Assembly: GCF_016433145.1 (NCBI RefSeq)
Contig: NC_058134.1
Location: forward strand, 55,923,306-55,987,305
Source of the DNA: Gracilinanus agilis
Lineage: Eukaryota
Reading direction: 5' to 3'
Length of the DNA stretch: 64,000 nt
In this document: piece by piece, positions 39,023 through 51,920 of the stretch
How the letters are laid out: each line of letters begins with the position of its first letter
How positions within the stretch are numbered: the first letter of the stretch is position 1
Program-made: the position numbers and the translations under genes
The notes under the pieces: model-generated
What the model was told of the DNA's origin: nothing
What the model saw: only the letters and a program-made list of their open reading frames with translations
Databases searched by the model: none

Positions 39023-39864
39023 CATTAGTGGGTGAGCTGTCTACTTTGGTAGCACTTGGTCTTCGCTAGAGTGATCTTCATCTGATGATGAGGAATTAAA
39101 TTCACCTGATACCTGCAAGGCTTTCAGGAAGCTGTGAGAACTCAGGAAGGGAAGGGATCTGCCAACAAGGAAGAATAAGGATCAAAAGGGAAGGGACTTT
39201 GGAATCATTTGTATAGGAAATCTCCAAGTGAAGAACCTCTTTCTAGAGATGCACATCGGCATCTTCTCTGCAATTTATGGTCTTAAAGAGTTGCCCAAGG
39301 CAGAAATATTTAGTGGTTTGCCCAGGATCACCAGTGATGGGGCTTGACTTTGACAGTGGTAGTCATCTTGACTCATCATCCATTATGCAATACTGCCTTT
39401 GTCAATCAGGCAAGAGTTTTATAAATTTATTCAAGGTATAGGATATTTACCATCTCTTACTTCCCACAAGCACACATGCACATGTGTACACACAAATACA
39501 TATATCTCTTTTGAAAGAGTTCAATTTCACATCACCAAACAAAGATTATAAATCTTGAGATTTAGAACTCGTAGAGTCTGAGAAGCCATCTAGTCCAATT
39601 TCTTCATTTTGGAAAGGACGAAATGGAAGCTTAGCAAAGGGAAGTAACTTGTTCAATATTACACAGGTGATAGAAAGAAGAGATGGGATTCAAACCTACG
39701 TCTTCTGCCTTCATTTTGGGGATGTGTTCAAAATCTTTCTAGCATTCTTTTCACTACAAAGTGCTAGCTCTCCTGAGTTTAACTCAAAAATTTATGTTAA
39801 AATAATGGTTGGTTTTTCTAAACTTAAGGAATCTAAGAAAATTCAAGCTCAGAGGAACCTTAGA

Positions 39865-40215
39865 GACTAGAGAAGGTAAGATATTAGGGGGAGACATGAG
39901 AGCTGTCTTCATATATTTAAAGGGTCATGAATGAGGAAAGAAACTGGTTATGCTTGTTCCCAAAGGATAGAACTACAAGAAACAGGTGAAAATTTCAAAG
40001 ACACATTAAGTTTTGATGTAAAATAAACTTTCTTAAAAATTAAAAAACTACATTATAGTGGAATAGGATGCCATAAGAGGTGTTGAGTTAACCTTCTTTG
40101 GATGTCTTTAAGGAGAGGCTGGATAAACTTGATGGGAAATACCGGAGAAGGGATTCTTGGTCAGGTCTGGGTTAGACTCAATGCTCTCAAAGGTCTTTTT
40201 TAACTCAGGATACTA
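39865..40215 (+). mobile_element. L3/CR1 3' end
   Basis: ggagacatgagagctgtcttcatatatttaaagggt...tctttaaggagaggctgga...aaggtcttttttaactcaggatact. Confidence 0.75.
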
Positions 40216-40485
40216 TATTTATTTCACTCAACTCTCTTATTTTACAGATGAGGAAACTGAGTCCCAAGCACAAAAATTCACCTGCTTAAAATCACACAGC
40301 TGATAAGTGACAGAACTGGAAAACAGACATAGGTTTTCTGAGTCGAAATCTCAGATTCTTTCAGAGCTCTATTTAAAAATCCCTTAAATTCATTTTGTTT
40401 TGTTTTAGAGGAAATTTGAACCACTTAGACAGTTTTAATTGCTGGGAGCCTAAGTCCTAATTAAGTGAGAAATAATATTGCTAAA

Positions 40486-40708
40486 GCAGTTAGGTGGCAC
40501 AATGCCAGACCTGGAGTCAGGAAGACTCATCTTTCTGAGTTCAAATCTGGTCTTAGACACATTAGCTGTGTGACTCTAGGCAAGTCATTTAACTCTCTGT
40601 CTCAGTTTCCTTCAAATGAGCTGGAGAAGGAAATGGCAAAGCACTCTAGTAAACCTCAAATGGGATCATGAAAAGTCAGACATGACTAAAAAATGACTAA
40701 ACAAAACC
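40486..40708 (+). mobile_element. MAR1-type CORE-SINE with RTE-derived tail
   Basis: ctggagaaggaaatggcaaagcactctagt...aagtcagacatgactaaaaaatgactaaacaa. Confidence 0.82.
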
Positions 40709-42347
40709 ACTGCTAATCAACTGGGAATACTCTTATTTGAAGAGGAAGACATTCAGCTTCTTCCCATTTTGTCCAAGCCACTAGACATGTGGTGAGTCCA
40801 TTGTTCAGAACTTTAGGAATATACCTTCCCTTTCTAGTCCTTTCATTAGCAGAATGGGAAAGAGTTTTGATCTTTGGGTCAGGAGACCTGCCTTTGACTC
40901 CCATAATTTGGGGGAACCTTCATTCAAATGCCATTTACTTCTCAGACAGTGACAGAGACTGGCTTAATCAAGAGAGAGTAGAGATTCCCAGGGGCCAGAG
41001 AATTTGCTTGAGCTTAACCTCAATGCATCTAAGTGGATTACTAGAGGATGTGGAGTTACTCATTTTGTTTGACAGGCTTCTTTCCTCACCACCTCTTGAG
41101 ACAGTCTCCTTGAGTAAATACTGAAGGCGGGTGGGCCTGTGGAGCCTTGCCCCGCCTGGGAGGTTTGTATTTTCTTTTGAACTGATGAAGATGTTCTCAG
41201 ATGCTGGAATTTCAAAGGCAGCTTACCAAAGGTTCTGGAAATCACTAAAATCTTGGATCTATTGCCTGACTAGTCTTCATTTTAAAAGCATCTCTGAGAT
41301 TGGAAGGTAGCCGCTCTTTTCCAGCCCATTCCTCTAAAATCTGTGGCTGTGGATCACCAAAGGCCTTCTCCTGGGTCACAATTGAACAACAGCCCAAGAG
41401 TAATGCTGTTCTTGATTTCTTTCCCACAAGGCTGAAACCAATGTCCTAAAACTGTTGTGCTCACAGATTGTCTGGCACTTTTTATAGTTTCCTTTGCAAA
41501 ATTCCTGAGGAACTGCAGGACTGAGATTTTTATTTTTTTATTTTTTTACTCCCCTGATAGTACTAGATGTTTGGTCTTCTTCACAATCTCCCCGATTACC
41601 AGCTTCCTCTTTCCTTGGCCACAAAGAAAACCACCAAAAAATTCCAATGTAATAACTGGCTTGAATCAAGCAGATATCTTTAAGAAAATAAACAACCCCC
41701 CACCAACATTCTAAACTCTAGCTAAGTGTAGCATGCTTATTTTTTTTTATGTTTTACATGTAGTATTTGCCTTTCTAGAGATGATTGTATTTAACATGTT
41801 GTAAATTTTATTGTTTGAAGAATAAGAATTCAAGTCCAGAGATGACCGGCAGTTACCGTCCACCCAAGATGCAAATATCAGTGACCTGTCTGGACTGGGG
41901 AACTCTTGGTGTCTCATTCTAAAACTGCTACTAAATGTATCATTTGTTCTAGTCATTAAACATTTGGTAAGTCTTCTATCTAGAACCTGAGAATGACACC
42001 CTCGCTCTTTTATCAGTATGGGAAAGAGTTTGGAATTAAGAGACCTGCACTGGACTCCAAGTTCTAGAATTTACCAGCTGTATGACCTGATCCTGGGCAA
42101 CCTTTAGAGGGACAACCCTCTTTTGCGACTGAATTTCTTGGTGTGTAAAATGAGGAGGTTGGACTCACTAGCCTCCATGGTCCTTTCTAGCTCTAAGCTC
42201 AGATTCTGATGATCCTAAGTCATTCAGCCTCTTTGAGCCTCAGTTTTTTCATGTGTAAAATGAGCGTGGTGATGTTAATGTTTACAATTGGCATTGTGGA
42301 TGAAAGTTCTCTGTCAACCTTATAACACTCAATGTAATATTTCCTAC

Positions 42348-42392
42348 CTTGTTGAGAATCTCCGGTAAATTCTCCGGCAGCAACAGAATATC
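42348..42392 (-). CDS. ITGA8: ITGA8 exon 8 (45 nt): (G)YSVAAGEFTGDSQQ(E)
   Basis: Acceptor CAG 42393-42395 and donor GTAGG 42343-42347. Seen inside ORF 42220..42441. Confidence 0.96.
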
Positions 42393-42659
42393 CTGTAAAT
42401 AAAGTCATACAAAATGAATACATGAATGAATGGATGAACACGTATCAGCTAGAGGGGCCAACAAATAAACTATTTAGAGAGAAATGTGCAGAGTTAAGTA
42501 CTTCCAGGCTCCTCCTCTCTTTGCAGAGCACTAGAAACTTAATAAAAAAGGTCTGAGACTGGAGAAAGAAAAGCATAATAATCAAATTAACTTGTATAAG
42601 TTCCTTCTCTAAAAAGCAATAAAACTGGACTACTGATCACTATTAAGAGCCCAGCAACT

Positions 42660-42868
42660 ATTTTCTTACAACAATGACCAACATGGATGTCGATTTTGCA
42701 TGATAACACACGTAAAACCCAGATCAAATTGCTTAGCATCTCCAGGATGGGGGAGGGAAAAGAGGGAAACAGAAAACTGGGATCTTATAACTTTGGAAAA
42801 TGTATGTTGACAATTGTTCTTACGTGTAATTTGTAAAATGAACTATTTTTTAAAAATATCTAAATATA
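42660..42868 (+). mobile_element. Short L1 3' UTR insertion
   Basis: gtaaaacccagatcaaattgct...ggggagggaaaagaggga...tacgtgtaatttg. Flanked by aagagc(c/a)cagcaa. Confidence 0.7.
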
Positions 42869-43759
42869 AAGAGCACAGCAATATCACAGCTAAGAACAGA
42901 GATGCTTCACAATTCAATTTGAAATCAGGACTGCTAGCAGTTACATTTTTAATTAACTTAGCATGGTTATTAAAATCGAAGTTCTAGCAGCTACTGTCTC
43001 TGATTCACAGCATTTAAGTATTTAGGTTTTTCCATTTCAGGTAATCAGCAAGGGCTCTGGGTTCCTACTTTTCTTTAGCTAAAAATGTGAGGTGAAAAAC
43101 TCAGCATCGGATCCTTTGACCAAGGCGTTTGATTTCTCAAGATATTGTAAGTATCCTTTCCACATTGCCAAGGAGAGGGTTGCAGTGATCTGGAAATCTG
43201 TGTAAAATTTTTTGTTTTTCCCTTTTTTTCCCCTTTTTGTACCAGAGAAGTCTTATTTTCTTCTCTTTTTTTCTTTTATGGAGTGTTTATAGTACCTTAA
43301 TGTAAAATTTAAGATAAATATTTGGTCATAGGTTCTATTGTTTCTAAATATTTTAAGCATCATCTGTTAGCCTTCGTGCGTCATCTTAAGCTTCTGTAAA
43401 ACTCTCCCCCAATTCTCACTTAATTTCTTATGTTATATTTAATATTTTGTTATCAAAATTTTAACAGGGAAAGTTGCAATGTGGAAGGGATACCCCTAGA
43501 TATACTATTAAGACCTGCCATTTTTGTCTTCTATCTTCTATCCAAAAAATGTATAGTGAAAGACAACTATTATGTGGAATCAGATAAGAAATACAATCAC
43601 AGGATGGTGCACTTGGAAGGAATTTGACCTCATTTTTCCTGATCTCAGTCTGACCTCCTGTAGCCATCGAAAGCCATTATGGGAATCTTCAGAATTCTGA
43701 TTTTGCCTCGTGTTTAGAATTACTTGGGCAGTCACTTAGGGACAGCCTTTGAATTAATT

Positions 43760-44130
43760 CAATCCAATTCAGTTTAACAAGAATGTATTATTAAGCACTT
43801 ACTACATGTGCTAGAACCTTGCTAGGTACCCAAAGATATGTATACAAAAATAAAACCATCTGTGACCTCAAGGAATTTAAATTCTATGGGAATGTGGGAA
43901 CAACATTTATACATATAAGTGAACATAAAGTAGATCCAAAGTAACTTCAGGATTGGGGGAGGGCATTAAGAACTCAGGGGAGGAGGAAAAGGTCCAGACA
44001 CACTTTGGGGAGAAGGTAATATTTGAGTTAAATCTTGAAGGAAATGAGGAATTTAAAGAGGTGAGCAGGAATAGCGTTCTAGGAATGAGAGAGAACTGGT
44101 ACAAAGACCAGAAGCAGAGTTAGGATGTCA
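43760..44130 (-). mobile_element. L2 LINE 3' end
   Basis: ttcaatccaattcagtttaacaag...attaagcacttactacatgtgc...gagttaaatcttgaagga. Confidence 0.7.
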
Positions 44131-44570
44131 CATATAATCAACGATGTCAATTTTTTGAAATTAAAGTTGACATAAGGAACCTTAGAGACTCTAGTCCAAT
44201 CCCCTCAGCTTATAGATGAGAAAATTGAGGCTCAGAGAAATTAAAGAAATTCCTCAGGGTTGTGCTGGTGGTAAGCATCAGAGCTGGGAGTTCATCTCAG
44301 GGCCTCTGACTAGAGAGCTAGTGCCTTTTCCATTTACCATACTGATGACTAACAATCATATATGAATTTGTGCTTGTTACCTAGTGTGGCTGACCCAAGT
44401 GATTTGGGAATACTTTTGAGAAAAGGCCATTTTATAGACTTAAAAGAAAAAGAAGGCAGTCTTTCCCTTACATGACCACAAAGCCAAAGGATTTCCCATT
44501 GGTCCTCAGTGAGACTTGCATCTCTAGCCAAGAGCAATCACAAATACCTCAAAGAGTTGCTGAGTCTTAC

Positions 44571-44696
44571 CAAGGTAGCTGTCATCATAGGATGCTGGCG
44601 CGACTTCGGTTTGCTTTTCTCGAGTCAATTTTCTTAGGATATCTTTGAATGAGTAATTGGCAATGATGTCGGCAATGTTGGCTGTAATCACCTGGC
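44571..44696 (-). CDS. ITGA8: ITGA8 exon 7 (126 nt): (G)QVITANIADIIANYSFKDILRKLTREKQTEVAPASYDDSYL(G)
   Basis: Acceptor CAG 44697-44699 and donor GTAAG 44566-44570. Seen in ORF 44524..44706; includes the YDDSY ligand-binding loop. Confidence 0.97.
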
Positions 44697-44884
44697 CTGG
44701 AATCAAATAACTTCATATGTTAAAAGAAAGCAAAGCACCATGTTTCCTATAACCATATCCAAGATAAAGCCTTTCAGTCTACTGAAATGCTCCGTTTTTA
44801 ATGCATGGAGGGAACTATTGATGATCTCTGGGGTAACTACAACAACAAAATGTACATCAGGAATTCTGATTAGAATAAATTTTG

Positions 44885-45115
44885 TTTATTTGCTTTTCAG
44901 TTATCCCTGATTCTTCAGGACCCCATTTGAGATTTCCTTGGCAGAGATACTGAAGTGGTTTTCCATCTCCTTCTCCAGATCATTTTACAGATGAGGAAAC
45001 TGAGGTCAACAGGATTAAATGACCTGTCTAGGGTCACAAGGCTAGTGTCAAAATCTGGATTTGAACTCAGGAATATAAACCTAGTGCTCTATCTACTGCA
45101 CTACCTAGTTGCCCC
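44885..45115 (-). mobile_element. MAR1-type SINE
   Basis: gagatactgaagtggttttccatctccttctccag...ttttacagatgaggaaactgagg...ctagttgcccc. Confidence 0.8.
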
Positions 45116-46422
45116 AAAATAAGTTGACATAGAATAAATTACTATATTTTGGGTTATTCTAATTCTGAATCTGCCAACCTTGAGTTACCTTGAACTACTA
45201 GGTCTAACATGTATCCTTATACTTGGAAAGACATTTGTTGGAATTCTATTTAAATTTATAAGATCATAGATTTAACTGTAATACTGTCTTCAGAGGTGAT
45301 CTAATCCTTTCATAAATAAGGAAACTAGGTCTAGCTAAATCAGTGAAATGGTTTACCAAATAAGATCACTCAAGAAGTGTGAAGAAGACAAAATTTGAAC
45401 CCAGATCCTCTGATTTTAAATACGGTATTCTTCCATGATACAACATCTGTACATCTCATTGGTATCCACAGTAAAAAAATACACTTGTAGTCTTGGCTTC
45501 CTCATCTATCCAATAAAGGGGTTAGACTAGAGGATAGCTTAAGGGCAGTACGGTAGGTCATTTTTGCTTTTGTCTTCCCAGTGCTAAGGGCAATGCCTGA
45601 TACAAATTATGCACTTCATAAATATATGTTGATTTTAATTGACTCTAATTCGTGTATATTATGAACTCCTAAGTACCAAGATATAAAATTTCCAAATGTA
45701 AGAGAAAACCTCAACCAAGCCCACATTGGGTTATCCAATTCTTCCACATGGTGAGGTATTATTAGTATACCATACAAAATGACTATTATTGTTGCAGATT
45801 AGTGTGAGAAAATTCAAGTTATTTTCTCCAAAAAAAAATTTACTTACTTTCCATTAAAGTCAGAATCATTTTTAAGAACAAAGTTTTTGTAGATTCTATT
45901 AGAATGCAAAATTAATGCTGTCAACGCAGTGTGAAAGGGTCAGGGTCATGACTACTATGATTGCCCTGTTCTCATCATCAGCTTTCCTGACTGACTTGAG
46001 CAGCAGGATAGACCTAAGTAATTTATTCTGAAGTAGAGGAAGTCCCTTCCTTCCTTCCTGTCCATCCCAAGCTCTCTTTATTTAAAGGAAAAAAGGATCC
46101 AATGGTGGTGAAATCTCAGGTCAATATACTAACGTTTAATTAATTTATTTTCACAGTTCCCAAACCATAAGTGAATCAATGACCAACCATTCTATTAAAA
46201 CATTTGAAAACCCATTTATTTACATCATTGTAAAAGTCAATTGGTTAATTCCATTATTGTTTAAGGTTATGTAGACACTATTTTTGTGGCCCTGGAAAAT
46301 TCACTTAACAATATTCTTGAGAAGGAAGCTGAAACTCAGTAACTTGCTTAAGATTACAAAACTAGTACAGTCAGTACCAATCAATTATCCATCAACAGAA
46401 ATTTCACAAGTACTTATGTGCT

Positions 46423-46620
46423 NNNNNNNNNNNNNNNNNNNNNNNNNNNNNNNNNNNNNNNNNNNNNNNNNNNNNNNNNNNNNNNNNNNNNNNNNNNNNN
46501 NNNNNNNNNNNNNNNNNNNNNNNNNNNNNNNNNNNNNNNNNNNNNNNNNNNNNNNNNNNNNNNNNNNNNNNNNNNNNNNNNNNNNNNNNNNNNNNNNNNN
46601 NNNNNNNNNNNNNNNNNNNN
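46423..46620. other. Assembly gap (198 N)
   Basis: Run of N. Confidence 1.
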
Positions 46621-48152
46621 TTTTTGTCTGCCTGGCTCTGGAATCAATATCATACTTATGTCATAAAAAGAATTTGGTAAGATTTCTTCTTTGCTTATTT
46701 TGTTCAAATAATTTGTATAGTATTGGGATTAGTTATTCTTTGAATATTTGATAAAATTCACTTGTGTGAATCCATCTGACCCTGGGGGTTTTTTTCTTAG
46801 GAAGTTCCTTGATGGCTTGTCGAATCCTTTTTCTGAGATGGGATTATTTAAGTATTCTATCTCCTCTTTTGTTAATCTAGACAATTGATATTTTTGAAAA
46901 TATTCATCCATTTCACCCAGATTGTCATATTTATTGCCATATAATGGGCAAAATAGTTCTTAATAATCACCTTAATTTCCTCTTCATTAGAGATAAGATC
47001 ACCCTTTTCATCTCTGATACTGTTAATTTGATTCTCTTCTTTCTTTTTTATTAGATCAACAAGTATTTTATTTTATTTGTTTTTTTTTTATAGTACCAGC
47101 TCCTAGTCTTTACTTATTAGTCCAATAGTTCTTTTACTTTCAATTTTATTCATTTCTCCTTTAATTTTTAGGACTTCCAATTTAGTTTTTATCTGGGGAT
47201 TTTTAATTTGTACTTTTTCTAATTTTTGAAGTTGCAAATCCAATTCATTGATATTTTCACTCTCTATTTTGTTGCAATAGGCATTCAGTGATATAAATTT
47301 TCCCCTGAGTAATCCTTTGGATGTATCCCATAGGTTTTGATATATTGTCTCATTGTCATTCTCTTTAATGAAGTCCGTAATTGTTTCTATGATTTCTTCT
47401 TTGATCCACCAGTTTTGGAGAATTAGATTATTTAGTTTCCAATTAATTTTAAATTGGCTTTTCCATGAATACTTGTTAAGTATAATTTTAAAGAATTATG
47501 ATCTGAAAAAGTTGCATTTATCATTTCTGCTTTTCTGCGTTTGTTTGCAATATTCCTATGTCCTAGTACATGGTTAGTCTTTGTATATGTTCCATATACT
47601 ACTGAGAAGAAGGAATATTCCTTTTTATTCCTGTTCAATGTTCTTCAGATATCTATTAACTCTAATTTTTCTAGCATTTCATTCATTTCCCTTACTTCTT
47701 TCTTATGTATTTTTTGGTTCAGTTTATCTAATTCTGAAAGGGGAAGGTTAAGATCCCCCACTATTATGGTCTTACTATTTATTTTCTCTTTGAACTCCTT
47801 CAATTTTTCCTTTAGAAATCTAAATTTTATGCAATTTGGTACATAAATGTTTAGTAATGATATTACTTCATTGTTTATAGTACCCTTTAGCAAAATGTAA
47901 TTTCCTTCCTTATCTCTTTTAATCAGATCAATTTCTACTTTAGATTCGTCTGGTATCATAATTGCTACTCCTGCTTTTTTTTTTTTTTTTTTTTTTTTAC
48001 TTTAGATGATGGATAATAAATTCTGCTCCAGCCGTTTACCTTGAATCTGTGTGTGTCATCCTGCCTCAGATGTGTTTCTTGTAAACAATATATAGTAGGA
48101 TTCTGTTTTTTAAACCATTCTGCTGTCCATTTCTGTTTTGTGGGTGAGTTCA
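46621..48152 (-). mobile_element. L1 ORF2 fragment (endonuclease domain to just before RT), in sense orientation to ITGA8
   Basis: ORF 47645..47959 reads IKRDKEGNYILLKGTINNEVISLLNIYVPN...TIIVGDLNLPLSELDK (L1 EN). Also NHVLGH and TFSDHN (47432..47638), KKPPGSDGF (46729..46911) and ILIPEPG. Confidence 0.95.
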
Positions 48153-49098
48153 GAGAGAGTTGTACTCTTGTGAAGCTTATATTCCATGGGGATACCCACT
48201 AGAACTTAACCTTGATCTTACTGAGTTGAGAGCCTGCTATTTGGACACACTATGTTGCCTTTCAGAGTTTAAGATGAGCATCTAAAGAAAGAATGCAATC
48301 TGGCAATTTCCTGTCTGTCAGAGGGAAGATATTAAATCTGTCAACTTGGGGATATGCTCTTTAAAGGCCAACATGTAATAATTAATTTAAAAGCCAAATT
48401 TCTCCAGTGAATTAACACATGGTTCCCACACTGCTTGGGACCAGAGCAAGTACAACAAGGAAACAGGGCCATAAACTTGATTTGATGGCTATGATTTAGA
48501 GGACTGTTCTGAGTCAGACAATGGCAATTACTCATGTCTTATAAAGGGAGAACAATGCTAGAAAATTTGCCAAGTTTCCCAGTCTGGGATAAAGGAAAAA
48601 AAACAAGAACCTTGTTTTTTGATATTCCTAAGAATTCTCACATTAAACTAAACTTGGATGTAGTCACAAAATGAACTTAAAGTTGTAAATTTCTCAGGAA
48701 AAAGTAAGTGCTTCAGTGGCTCTATTGTAGGGATGCTGGTGGAATTTCATTGGTGTGAAGACATCTGTTGGTACAGAAACTCTCTTTTCAGAGACAGATT
48801 GGCCACTCTATTCAAAGTATAGTCTTAAAGAGATTCTCAAATATTTTGACCATTTTGTAAAAAAGAAATTAATAAGAAAATGCAAGGTGTCAATTTATTT
48901 GGTTTTAATCTATTTGGATGGTTACAAGGAATGGTTTAATTGTGAGACGATTTCAAAATATCATTTGCGTAGTCAAGTACAGATTCTATGGATGCAGATA
49001 CAAAACCGAATATAATTAAAGACCAATTGGTTTTGACTCATAATTTTCTTATATTAGTAGCTACCAAAACTAATTTCCTCTATGCCAACAAAACTTAC

Positions 49099-49144
49099 CT
49101 TGCCAGTAAAAACTGCCAGGTCCTCCCACTATGAGATCTCCATT
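49099..49144 (-). CDS. ITGA8: ITGA8 exon 6 (46 nt): NGDLIVGGPGSFYWQ(G)
   Basis: Acceptor TAG 49145-49147 and donor GTAAGT 49093-49098. Contains the GGPGSFYWQG motif of RGD-binding integrin alpha chains. Confidence 0.97.
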
Positions 49145-49911
49145 CTACAAAAAAGAAACCAATGGTAATTCAATCAATTTTTAAAATTATTAATGCAAAG
49201 TAAATATATAAAATTTTAAAAGTCATTCTTATCACATTGCCTGGTACATAGGAGGTACTGAATAAATGCTTGACTAACTACATAGGTAAAAAATTATTAA
49301 AACAAACTTCTCTACCAACCATATTTATATGTTTTAAGAGTAATAACTGGGGTGTATTTTGTGCTTTAAAGTTTTCAAGACATTTTCCAGACATTATTTC
49401 ACTTTATAGGAACCTTATGATGTAGGTGCTACAGATTATATTACCTCCATTTTACAGATGAGAAAATTGAGGTTCAGAAAGGTAAATGACTTGCCCATGC
49501 TCATACAGCTTGTAAATTTGAAAGGCAGGATTCAAACCAGGTTTCTCTTGGCTCCACTACAGGTGCCTGGGTTAATTTCCTTTCTTTTCCTCGGCTCTGA
49601 TTTATTTAGAAGAAAGGTCCACAAGAAGGATTTAAAATTAAACTACCAATAAGAATATAGCTATTTTTGCATTTTAAATCTCAATTAATTAGATGAATGG
49701 GCTTCTTTCTTAGAAAGGGGTGAATCCAGCTCTCTAGGCCTGCATCACCAAAGGAAATCTCTAATGCTTTCAAAGAACCTTAATTCCATCTAATAATTCA
49801 CATAATCATTTGAATCTTAAAGAACGAGGCTCAAATGAATCTCAGACTTATTTTTTGAGTGAAAGTGGCTGGACAGCAGGCTCCCACTTTTTTTCTTTTC
49901 ATATATCTGCT

Positions 49912-50155
49912 ATTGTTGTTGATGTTTGGTCATTTCAGGTATGTCCCACATTCTGTGATTACAGTTTGGAATTTTTTTTTGCAAAGATACTAGAGTGGTT
50001 TACCATTTCTTCCTCCTCCAAGACATTTTACAGGTGAGGAAACAAAGTCAAACAGGTTTTTTTGGACTTGCTAGTAAATATGTGAGATCAGATTTGATCT
50101 CATAAAGATGATCCCTTTTTCTCTATTCACTGCACAATCTAGCAACCTAATAATA
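49912..50155 (-). mobile_element. MAR1-type SINE
   Basis: gcaaagatactagagtggtttaccatttcttcctcc...tttacaggtgaggaaac. Confidence 0.75.
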
Positions 50156-50297
50156 TCTATAGCACAAAGATCTGAAACTCCAGTGACAACTGTTCTTGGG
50201 CCCTCAGCCTTCCTGATCCTAATCACAACCAGTCTTTCCCCACCCCTAATTTCAGAGGGAAAAAGTTCTATTGGAAAGCAATCTGTAGGTTTTTAAT

Positions 50298-50496
50298 ATT
50301 TTTTAAACCCTTACCTTCTGTCTTAGAGTCAATACTTTGTATTGGTTCCAAGGTAGAAGAGCAGTAAGGACTAGACAATGGGGGTTAAGTGACTTGCCCA
50401 GGGTCATATAGTTAGGAATTGTCTGAGGCCAGATTTTAACCCAGGACCTCCCATCTCTGGGCCAGATTCTCAATCCCCTGAGTCACCTAGCTGCCC
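50298..50496 (-). mobile_element. SINE-1_MD-like SINE
   Basis: ttttaaacccttaccttctgtcttag...gtcacctagctgccc. Confidence 0.9.
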
Positions 50497-50815
50497 TATG
50501 CTAGTATTCTTGAATTGTATTGTAGATATATATCCCAACCTCCATTCTAGTTGCATATTACTTTGATCTAGCATTTATCAAAGAATATATGGGTTTTGGT
50601 ACTCATGTGTAATATATTTAATATGCAGTACAAAACAATGATATTTTTCAAAACAATGATTTATGAGTTAGTATAAACATACAGTGATTTTTTTTTTGCT
50701 ATTACTAAAGCAAATGGCATCCAAATAAGCCAGCAGGATAGATAAATAATTTGGAGAGAGTTTCTAAAACAGATTAATTAAGTGTTGCCTAGAAGCTGAG
50801 TGAAACAAATCTCAC

Positions 50816-50877
50816 CTTGTAAAAGTCCAAACTGAAGCCTGCTTGACAGTAACCTTGACCTTCAGGATCAGCATTGC
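50816..50877 (-). CDS. ITGA8: ITGA8 exon 5 (62 nt): (S)NADPEGQGYCQAGFSLDFYK
   Basis: Acceptor CAG 50878-50880 and donor GTGAG 50811-50815. Contains the integrin-alpha GYCQAGFS motif. Confidence 0.97.
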
Positions 50878-50957
50878 CTGCAAAGATGGAAATATAAAGC
50901 TGTTAAATATGGAGCACCCAAAGGGTATCTTCTTTCATTCATGTTAGGATTTTCCCA

Positions 50958-51158
50958 TTTTTTAAAAATCCTTACCTTCCATCTTAGAATTAATACAAAT
51001 TATTGGTTCCAAAGCAGAAAAGCAGTAAAGACTAGGCAATTGGGATTAAGTGGCATGTCCAGGGTGACATAGCTAGGAAGTGTCTAAAGCCAGATTTGAA
51101 CCTAGGAGCTCTCATCTCTAAACCAAACTCTCTATCCACTGAAGAACATAGTTGCCCC
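50958..51158 (-). mobile_element. SINE-1_MD-like SINE 80 bp upstream of the exon 5 acceptor
   Basis: tttaaaaatccttaccttccatcttag...catagttgcccc. Confidence 0.88.
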
Positions 51159-51624
51159 TCCCTAATGCTTTTTACCAGAGACCGAAAAATAGCCTCAGGG
51201 CAAAAATAGAGACCTGCCTACCCTCCTCACTCAGATTTCTGACTGGGAAGGAAAGAAAAAACTTACACAGCAACGGCCACCAACACCCGAGAACTACACT
51301 CTACAACCACAGAAGAAAAACAACTACTTGATCCCATGGTTCCATTTTTCCATAAAATGGTACCATAGAATAGAAAGAGAACACTGCCTGGGTCTCTGTT
51401 CTAGCTTATATATTAATTTGTTGTGGCCTTGGTCAAACAACAGCTTCTTGGGGAAATCATGCCACTACTCTAAGACTCAGATCTTTCAACTCTACAATTA
51501 AGGACTTGGGACTCAATGACTTTTAAAAGTCATTGAGGGAGGTTATTGAGGTTGGTTATTGAGGAAGAAAAAAACAAACAAGGGATTGGGCATGGGAGAT
51601 AAGCATCAAAGTCTCAACCAATAG

Positions 51625-51920
51625 TATTCTTTCCCATAAGTCCCTCAGAAATGACCTGTATCATTGCATTGCTGCTAGTACATTAGTCTATTACATTCGA
51701 TTGTACCCCAGTGTATCAGTCTCTGTGTACAATGTTCTCCTGGATCAGCAACTTTCACTCTGCATCAGTTCCTGGAAGTCGTTCCAGTTCACATGGAATT
51801 CCTCCAGTTTATTATTCCTTTGAGCACAATAGTATTCCACCTCCAACTGATACCACAATCTGTTCAGCCATTCCTCAATTGAAGGGCATCCCCTCATTTT
51901 CCAATTTTTTGCCACCACAA
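51625..51920 (-). mobile_element. L1 ORF2-tip / 3' UTR fragment
   Basis: Reverse complement of ...ggaactgatgcagagtgaaag...ggagaacattgtacacagagactgatacactggggtacaatcgaatgtaat. Confidence 0.8.

Noticed and set aside
47432-47959. L1 endonuclease-like ORFs as a functional gene
   Set aside because: ORF2 is broken into several frames by stops and frameshifts, so it is a dead retroelement.
51290-51920. Possible twin-priming inversion (a plus-strand L1 3' UTR scrap near 51307-51345 and a minus-strand L1 fragment at 51625-51920)
   Set aside because: The pieces are separated by about 280 bp of MIR-like DNA and I see no shared TSD. The short match is too small to trust without a consensus alignment.
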